A stretch of 64,000 bases of DNA from Octopus sinensis (taxonomy: Eukaryota): positions 67,084,001-67,148,000 of the forward strand of contig NC_043008.1 in NCBI RefSeq assembly GCF_006345805.1, given 5' to 3'. Positions within the stretch are counted from its first letter, which is position 1; the number at the start of each line of letters is the position of its first letter. The notes beneath the pieces were generated by a model that saw nothing but the letters and a program-made list of their open reading frames with translations, was not told the DNA's origin and did no database searches. Position numbers and translations under genes: made by a program. This document shows, in pieces, positions 56,101 to 64,000 of the stretch.

Positions 56101-56497
56101 TCTCTCTATCTATAAAGCTGAAGTTGTCTGTGTATGGCAGGTTTGGTAGCCTTCAACTAACTCTGTCTCCTCCGAGACCCTGCGGCGCAAGTTGACCAAA
56201 ATTGAGAGTATGATAGAAGAAGGCTTGCTCTTCCTTTCGTAGAAGAAAAAGTTCAAATCGGACTATGTTAAGACCAAAAATTATTTACATCAAAAAGATG
56301 CATTTTTTCTTTTCTATGAAAATCCCTATTTTTTACGATTTTTTGACTGCCGTGTCGCCATTTTTCGGTGTATTTCAACCAGAAAAATGTTCACTTAAAG
56401 AGAATAACAAGCTACATAATGCAAATTTTTTACTTTTCAAAAATTCCAATTCTAAAGGGTCGAAACAAACCCGAGCAACGTCAGGCGATACTGCAAG
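56101..56497 (+). mobile_element. Non-autonomous Helitron
   Basis: A|TC 5' end; 3' CCCGAGCAACGTCAGGCGATACTGCAAG|T, a degenerate hairpin plus CTAG-like end. Confidence 0.65.
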
Positions 56498-57035
56498 TTT
56501 AAAACTATCTTTTTCTAACGTGCCCTTACATGTTTTAAAGACAAGCCTTCAGCTATTTCTAACGTCTTAGCCAACCGTATAGAGATTCCATTTCTTGATT
56601 TGTGTATTAAGGTGTGTAGTGTTTGTATGTGTTAGACAAACAGTACAATACGTGATGTATGTGTGTGCGTGCGTGTGTATGTGTTTGATAATGGTCCGTA
56701 CACGAAACTCTGCACCCTTGAGTCACTTTAACTCCTACCGATTATTAATAATAAAAAGCGGTGAACTGGCAAAATCGTTAGAACATGGGCAAAATGCTTA
56801 GCAGCATTTCGTCCGTCTTTATGTTCTGAGTTCAAATTCTGCCAAGGTCAACTTTGCTTTTCATGCTTTCAGGATTGATAAAATAATATATCAATTAAGC
56901 ACTGGAATTTCTCCCATTTTGTCGGGATTTTTCCTTCTTTTTTATTTTTTTAATTTTTCATACATTGCAAAACAATTAAAGGAGACTTTTCAAAAGAAAT
57001 TTAGAAATCCATGTCTTTTAAATGTTTGTTCCCTC

Positions 57036-57083
<48 letters not shown>

Positions 57084-57288
57084 AACACATCGTGCATTTG
57101 GAACAGCAACAACCACTATGTGATTTGATATCTATATTTGGTAATTTTCCAAAATTTTAGTTCTTGGGTATAAGGGGACCCCGAAATTGAAGTGCTCAGG
57201 GCCTCTAATGGTTTGAATCCGGTCCTGCATACTTACATAATACATACATACATACATACATACATACACATACATACATACATACATA

Positions 57289-57888
57289 GTCATCAAGGTA
57301 CTACCTCCCTGTGCGATACGACGTAATCGTTAAAGCAATATAGAATGCCATTCGGAAAACAGACTGTCCTAAAATAAATAAAGAATCCCCCTGTTAATGA
57401 ATACATACACAGGCATCAACACAAGGAATACTGTTGTAAACATAACAGGCCGGATATTGTTATTTGGGACACCTAAGAAAAAGCATGTACCGTTACAGAG
57501 GTGAGCTGTCCTGCTGATGTGAGTATCTCTTCGAAAATCGAAGAGAAAGAGGATAACTATGAACAACGGTTTCAAAACTACCAGCTTCTGTATCCAGATT
57601 ATAAATCCATATTAAAACCAATGATAATTAAATCGCATGGTTTCGTGAGTAAATGTCTAAGTGACAATCTAAGTATAAGCTAGGGTTTTAAGAAAACGAA
57701 ATCATTCAACTAACTCGCACATTACAAATGCAATTTGTAAGTGGAACAGTACAGATATGCAAGCATTTCTTCAAGTTTAAAATGTGATATTGTTTTTCTT
57801 ATCTAACTCTAATAACGGAGCTTTGTAACTATTTAGAAACCAGCTTCTTTTGGTAAGAATTCAAATAATTAAAAACAGAAGGCAACAA
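57289..57888 (+). mobile_element. 5'-truncated R4/Dong-type (RLE) non-LTR retrotransposon
   Basis: Translates SRYYLPVRYDVIVKAI, NRPDIVIWD..EVSCPADVSIS.KIEEKEDNY (restriction-like endonuclease motif); flanked by (ACAT)n. Confidence 0.75.
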
Positions 57889-58341
57889 ACATACATATCC
57901 TCTTTAGAAGAAATGCATAGATTTGTCGCAGATGAGTGATGCAAACACTTAACGGATTCTCAGTATATGACTGATATATGGAGAACAGACCCTGCAGGAA
58001 TACGACATAAAATCAACTGCGGCAGGATTTGAACTCATAATGTAGAGGGACAAAATATAAATGACATCTGGCGTTTAGTTTGAAAGCCAATAATTTCTTT
58101 TGTTCTACTGTCTCTTTTTTTATGCAATATACTCTTCTCTCTCTCTCTCTCTCTTGTGACCCATTATATATCCTGACTTAATGTTACGATATAAACAGAT
58201 CAATAAAAAAGTTCCAGACTAAAACAGTCATTATGAGCGATATAATCCACTAAAGCATGACAAGAGGAAAAAAATTTACTCCGGGATGACAGAATGAAAC
58301 GTATATAAGCGAGAGAATGCGCGCGCATATAATATGTTTAA

Positions 58342-58394
<53 letters not shown>

Positions 58395-58420
58395 GATAGA
58401 TAGATAGATAGGCATGTATT

Positions 58421-58460
<40 letters not shown>

Positions 58461-58461
<1 letters not shown>

Positions 58462-58834
58462 TAGCATATCGCCCGCGTTGCTCAGGTTTGTAAGGGAAAT
58501 AACTATAAAGATTTTAGAGAGTTATAGCCAAAAATAGCCAAAAAATGGAAAAAAAATGATGGTAAATTTTTTTTGGAGAGTAATAAAAGGTTGAGTTGCG
58601 TCCCCTATACAGTCTGTGGTTTGTTTTTTTTTATTCTCGACCCCATGTCGAATGTATCGATTTTTTTCAGAACTGGGGGAACTTTTCAAAATTTTCGCTG
58701 CGTTATTTTGAATTATGACATTGGCTATGTGTGTGTCAAGTTTCATCAGAATCGGTTGAAAGCCGTGGTCAGGGTGAGGGTACGAGAAAACAGACACACA
58801 GAAAACACGCACAGACAAACTGCCGTTTATATAG

Positions 58835-58839
<5 letters not shown>
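58461..58839 (-). mobile_element. Non-autonomous Helitron
   Basis: Minus strand A|TCTCTCTATATAAAC..CCTGAGCAACGCGGGCGATATGCTAG|T; the 3' end resembles that of 56101-56497. Confidence 0.75.
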
Positions 58840-58866
<27 letters not shown>

Positions 58867-59166
58867 GGAGGCGCAATGGCCCAGTGGTTAGGGCAGCAGA
58901 CTCGCGGTCGTAGGATCGCGGTTTCGATTCCCAGACCGGGCGTTGTGAGTGTTTATTGAGCGAAAACACCTTAAAAAAGCTCCACGAGGCTCCGGCAAGG
59001 GGTGGTGAACCCTGCTGTACTCTTTCACCACTCTTTCTTTCACTCTTTCTTCTGTTGGCCTGCTCGCTTAGCCAGCGGGGTGGCGTCATTCGAAGGCTAA
59101 AACAAAGCGAAATCATTGTGACCAGCGATGTGTAACAACATCTGATGGTCTGGTCGGTCACGTTAT

Positions 59167-59172
<6 letters not shown>
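58867..59172 (+). mobile_element. Young SINE family C
   Basis: GGAGGCGCAATGGCCCAGTGGTTAGGG..GGTTTCGATTCCC, with CpGs intact. Confidence 0.9.
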
Positions 59173-59222
<50 letters not shown>

Positions 59223-59243
59223 ATATATATATATATATATATA

Positions 59244-60103
59244 CAGGGTGCGATGGGTAACTTGTCGCCATTTTATATTTTTAATTTCATGCATGTGCAT
59301 TCGTTGTTTTTGATTTTCTAGGCTACACAGTATAGTAGGGTCAGTTGAGCACCGCCTGTGAGAAAAACAACACCATGACGCAATTCACTCAGCCACAAAC
59401 TTGGAAACGACATGCTGTACTGCTTGGCATTCGCGCCAGAAGATCCAATACGAACATTTCAGAGTGCTTGGGTGTCAATCTAAGGACAGTGAAATCTGAG
59501 GACATGTATCAAGAGTGTTAAAAATCAAACAACCAGTCAACATCATGGCGTTTGGAGTGATCACTAGTGATGGCAACGTTATGTGTCCGTTCATCTTCCC
59601 ACACACCTCAGACTCAACACGGAGGACGACATCAAGTGCCTGGAAGAGGTAGTGCTGCCCTGGGTCAAGAGGGTAGCTACTGGAAGGCCTGATGTCTGGT
59701 AACAGGACTCTGCACCATACCACAGAAACAGGAGAACCTAGTCATGGCTGTCAGACAATTTCTGCGACCACACCACTCCTCACATCTGGTCACCTAATTC
59801 CCCAGACTACAACCCCCTTCATTATTATCTGTGGGTGCAATTGAGCGAGAGACCAACAAAACTCCTTGTAACACCAATGATGAACTGAAGGCAAGAATTA
59901 TGGCAGTATTCACCAACTTAAACAAAGAGACCCTCCAGAATAGTTGCAAGAGATTCCAATGGCAATTTTATTGAATAAAATTACTCTTTAGTATTTCAAG
60001 ATATCTTTATGTAATTTTGGTAAATAAATGTGTAAAAATGCGGTGTCAGTATTATTTTCATTTTTGCGTAATTTAGACGACAGTATATTCATCGCACCCT
60101 CTG
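59244..60103 (+). mobile_element. Internally deleted maT-type (D,D37D) transposon
   Basis: TIR CAGGGTGCGATG.. / ..CATCGCACCCT. Translation W*QDSAPYH..WSPNSPDYNPLHY has 37 residues between the 2nd D and the position of the 3rd D, which is mutated to H. Confidence 0.8.
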
Positions 60104-60149
60104 TGTGTGTGTGTTTGTGTGTGTGTTTGTGTGTGTGTCTGTGTATGTA

Positions 60150-60180
<31 letters not shown>

Positions 60181-60509
60181 ATACACACACGCGTATGTGT
60201 AATCTACGTACAACCATGTACCCAAACACATCTGTACATAGAAATCACACTATCCAGGTAAGAAGCAACCATGTCAATCCCGATCGTATTCAGTAGAAGT
60301 AAACACTGTGCGGTCATAGCAGACATGCGAAGGTAATGCTATATTGACATAAAAAAGTATTTGCTAGACATTTCCATATCTTTAATTAAACATGTATTAT
60401 GATGATTCGAGTTTCTATCAGTCGTGTATAGATCTATCGGTTAAGGCTTCTTCATGCCTATGGCCGCGCGTTTCATCATATACACTTACATGCTTATGTT
60501 TGTACGTGA

Positions 60510-60541
<32 letters not shown>

Positions 60542-60739
60542 CAACGGTCATTTTCATAGCATTTTTCCGATGGCCGGATAACAGACGGGATGGCGGCGTG
60601 GATTTCCACCCTGGCATCCGAAACTCGGAGTTTTATCATGGCTACCGAATAATTGTCACATATTAAATTTACAGATAAATTCCTCTATTTACATAATATC
60701 GAGGTCTCTTTCATTCTTTTGTTGTCTTACCATTTTTAT

Positions 60740-60774
<35 letters not shown>

Positions 60775-60801
60775 CATACACACACACATAAAGATAGATC
60801 G

Positions 60802-60896
<95 letters not shown>

Positions 60897-61092
60897 TCGC
60901 TAGAGAAGCCAAACCAACAGGTTTGGGATCTGATGATATGCTGTAAAGCTAAGCGCTTTATGAACGTGAAAAGCAGGGTAACCCATAAACCGACCTTATC
61001 GCTTTATGTATATAATATACTGCTCTATAACTTAGATTGTGCTTCATTTTCGGATTTATGTTTTGCCGACAATATATACAGGAAAAAATATA

Positions 61093-61431
61093 CAAGTTGG
61101 AAATGCACTGAGAACAATTAAAATATTTTTTATTAGTCTATTTAAAGCTTTAACCGGTTTCACAGTCTACACTGATTTTCAAAAAGTTCAAATAGAAAGA
61201 CATGGCTTATGCCGCAGCTGTCTTGCTTCTGAATAGTGTTTGAAGTTCGCCATGAACACCCTATAGAAACAAGGCAAACTTCAAACAATAGTCAGAAGCA
61301 TGACAGCTGCGACATAAGCCACGTCTTTCTATTTGAACCTTTTGAAAATCAGTGTAAACTGTGAAACCGGTTAAAGCTTTAGATAGACTAATAAAAAATA
61401 TTTTAACTATTCTCTGTGCATTTTCAACCTA
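61093..61431. mobile_element. Palindromic MITE (about 160-bp arms, 21-bp spacer)
   Basis: About 61093-61251 pairs with 61273-61431; TA on the left flank. Confidence 0.8.
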
Positions 61432-61440
61432 TTTTTCTTA

Positions 61441-62727
61441 TCAGGTCATCCCATAAGTTCTGTCCGATTTTACTTTTTTTTAAATTGAATGAAATTTAAT
61501 AGTATTTTAGAATGTCTAATGGAATTTAAAATTATTTTTATGCATTTGTGTACATTTAAACTAATTAAATATTATTTTACAAGAATAATAGAATTTAAAT
61601 TTCTTCCATTAAAACCCTTTCTAACATGGAAGTATCCAAAGAGCATTTGAGGCACATAATGCTTTGAGTACAAAAAAAGGAAAATCTGCAGCCGAAGCAA
61701 CTCGAAACATACACTCAGTTTATGGGAAAGAATGCTTGAATGAAAGAACTTGCAGAAGTTGGTTTGCAAAATTCAGAAGTGGAGATTTCAGCCTTGAAGA
61801 TGAAGATCGAACAGGACGTCCAGTTGAGTTTGATGATAAGCTCCTTGAGGCATTACTTGAAGAAAATCCTGCATTATCAGTTGAAGAATTGTCAATAAAG
61901 CTTAGTTCAAACCATACAGATGTTCATCGTCATCTTCAACAACTTGGAAAAGTTCATAAACTTGGAAAATGGGTGCTTCATGAATTGTCCGAAAGCAACC
62001 GTAAATACCGAGTTGACATCTGCTCTTCCCTCCATTCTCGCGAACTCATTTCACTCTTTTTGGATAGACTTGTGACTGGTGACGAAAAATGGATCTTCTA
62101 TCGAAATGTTAAACGTCGTAAACAGTGGCTTGGTAAAAGGAGAAAAGCTCAACCACAACTGAGATGGGAACTTCATGGGAAAAAGGTTCTTCTCTCTATC
62201 TGGTGGGATTGCAAAGGAGTAATTCACTTTGAAGTGTTACCACCTAATGCAACAATCAATGCGCAAGTCTATTGTCAGCAATTAGAACGTTTGAACCAAG
62301 CTTTGAAGAAAAAAGACCCGCTTTAGTGAATCGAAAAGGAGTGATGCTTCATCAGGATAATGCGCGACCCCACACTGCAAAGATCACATCACAGAAGATC
62401 AAAGGGCTTGGTTGGGAAAAAATTCCCCATCCACTTTATTCTCCTGACCTTGCTCCTTCAGACTACTATTTGTTTCGTAGTTTACAGAGTTATTTGGTGG
62501 ATATAGGTTTCGTAAGCCAGGAGAAGGTTGAAACTGACATTTCAAAGTTCTTCTCTTTGAAACCAAAAGAGTTTTACATTGATGGGATTAAAAAGCTTGT
62601 AAATAGGTGGAAGGAAGTCATAGATAATCAGGGAAGGTACATTGATGATTAAATTTCAATTAAATATAACATTTGATCACTTGTTTTTTTTATTCAAAAT
62701 TCGGACAGAACTTATGAGATGACCTGA
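61441..62727 (+). mobile_element. Full-length mariner transposon (1287 bp)
   Basis: 27-bp TIRs TCAGGTCATCCCATAAGTTCTGTCCGA with 1 mismatch; TA at 61439-40 and 62728-29. Confidence 0.95.
61626..62652 (+). pseudogene. Mariner D,D34D transposase, frameshifted
   Basis: MEVSKEHLRHIML start, HTH region, WVLHEL, VTGDEKW, HQDNARPH, YSPDLAPSDY with 34 residues between the 2nd and 3rd D. Frame breaks near 61665-61680 and 62315-62325. Confidence 0.93.
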
Positions 62728-62765
62728 TATATTCCTACCCCTGCGTAAAAAAATAACTTTGTTTT

Positions 62766-62804
<39 letters not shown>

Positions 62805-62925
62805 CATATATATATGTATATGTATATATGTATATGTATATAAAGTTAATCCAAACAAGAAAGCACAAAAAAACACAACGCGAGGACGTGGAACAAATGT
62901 ATATATGTATATGTTTATATATATA

Positions 62926-62960
<35 letters not shown>

Positions 62961-63000
62961 TGTAAACAAACTTAGAAGTGCCGAGTGAGTTGATATTCTA

Positions 63001-63165
63001 CAGAAAATAAAGGAATTCTCGAATGCAGAAAGGATGTGAAAACAGCTTACAAAATCAGGTAAACACCCATAGAAAATTTTTAATTTTCGCCTTCTAAGGG
63101 TATTTATCCAATTTTCTAAGCTGTTTTCACAACCGTTCTGCGTTCAAGAATTCCTTTATTTTCTG
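63001..63165. mobile_element. Palindromic Tc1/mariner-type MITE
   Basis: CAGAAAATAAAGGAATTCT..AGAATTCCTTTATTTTCTG with about 70-bp arms and TA on both sides. Confidence 0.8.
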
Positions 63166-63243
63166 TAGAAACACACACACACACACATCGCCAGTGAATC
63201 ATATATCCGAAAAAGAAGTACACTCTAAAAGCCAGAGCAGTAA

Positions 63244-63376
63244 TGTATTTGGATGAAGTGAAGTATATGTCCGGTCATTGGAGTCTGACGAGTCGTCTAA
63301 AAAGTTAACCTCTTTATGGATGCGAAACCATTGGCCACTCTATGACCAGACATATATTCAACTTCATCTAAATATA
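63244..63376 (+). ncRNA. Hammerhead-like hairpin with a very long stem I; U16.1>C core variant
   Basis: CUGACGA 63285-63291, stem II of about 11 bp, GAAA 63324-63327, CC(AUU)GG then CC. Flanks GGUCAUUGGAGU/ACUCUAUGACC pair and continue for about 40 bp. Confidence 0.65.
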
Positions 63377-63747
63377 GATATTTCGGGATGGTCATTTTTC
63401 TTTCTTGCCAAATAAATACACGCACTATATATTCGTTTTACACTCGTTTATTACTGTTCTTATTTTACCGATAGAATAAGTACCAGGGGATTTTTTTAAA
63501 AGTAAGTACTGAGGTCGATTCGTTCGATTAAAATTCTTCAAGGTGATGCCTCAACATGGCTGCAGTCTAATGAATAAATAAGAGATAAAAGAAATCCACG
63601 AATGAACCGTCTTTTTTTTGCTTGGCCTTCTAATTATTGTTTCTCTTGTCCGAACGTTGTAATGTTCTCTATTGCGTTTTTGTTCCATATATATATATAT
63701 ATATACACGCATATATACACGCACACATACACACACACACTTATATC

Positions 63748-63980
63748 TGTTTCTTTATTACCCACAAGGGGCTGAACATAGAGGGGACAAACAAGGACAG
63801 ACTAACGGATTGAGTCGATTACATCGACCCCAGTGCGTAACTGGTACTTAATTTATCGACCCCGAAAGGATGAAAGGCAAAGTCGACCTCGGCGGGATTT
63901 GAACTCAGAACGTAACGGCAGACGAAATACAGCTACGCATTTCGCCCGGCGTGCTAACGTTTCTGACAGCTCGCCGCCTT
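63748..63980 (-). mobile_element. Young SINE family A monomer
   Basis: Reverse complement closely matches 26054-26288, with CpGs retained. Confidence 0.9.
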
Positions 63981-64000
63981 ATTACATATATATACACTTA

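Noticed and set aside
58867-58940. tRNA-like sequences at SINE heads (families C and D)
   Set aside because: They lack a closed acceptor stem and continue into SINE bodies, so they are not tRNA genes.
60915-60995. CTGATGA...GAAA motif
   Set aside because: Stem III is unpaired and stem I needs several bulges, so it is at chance level.

Overview
This is repeat-saturated, AT-rich animal DNA. The SINE repertoire and microsatellite density suggest a coleoid cephalopod, probably Octopus (inference). No host protein-coding gene can be called confidently; there are only weak exon candidates. Most ORFs in the track are translations of microsatellites or SINEs. The window contains about five tRNA-headed or RTE-tailed SINE families in many copies. 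It also contains four Tc1/mariner-superfamily transposons: a near-intact 1287-bp D,D34D mariner, a decayed mariner, a long-TIR Tc1 and a D,D37D maT-type element. Other elements are hAT-, piggyBac- and Tc/mariner-type MITEs, two non-autonomous Helitrons, 3' fragments of CR1, RTE and R4/Dong-type LINEs, one tRNA-Thr(UGU) gene with a damaged anticodon stem, and a decayed 5S-derived sequence. The most striking signal is four unrelated hammerhead-ribozyme cassettes, each built into a long inverted repeat (12.27, 12.6, 17.0 and 63.3 kb). The one at 16989-17074 (minus strand) has a complete type I hammerhead with all core nucleotides, inside a perfect 30-bp inverted repeat.
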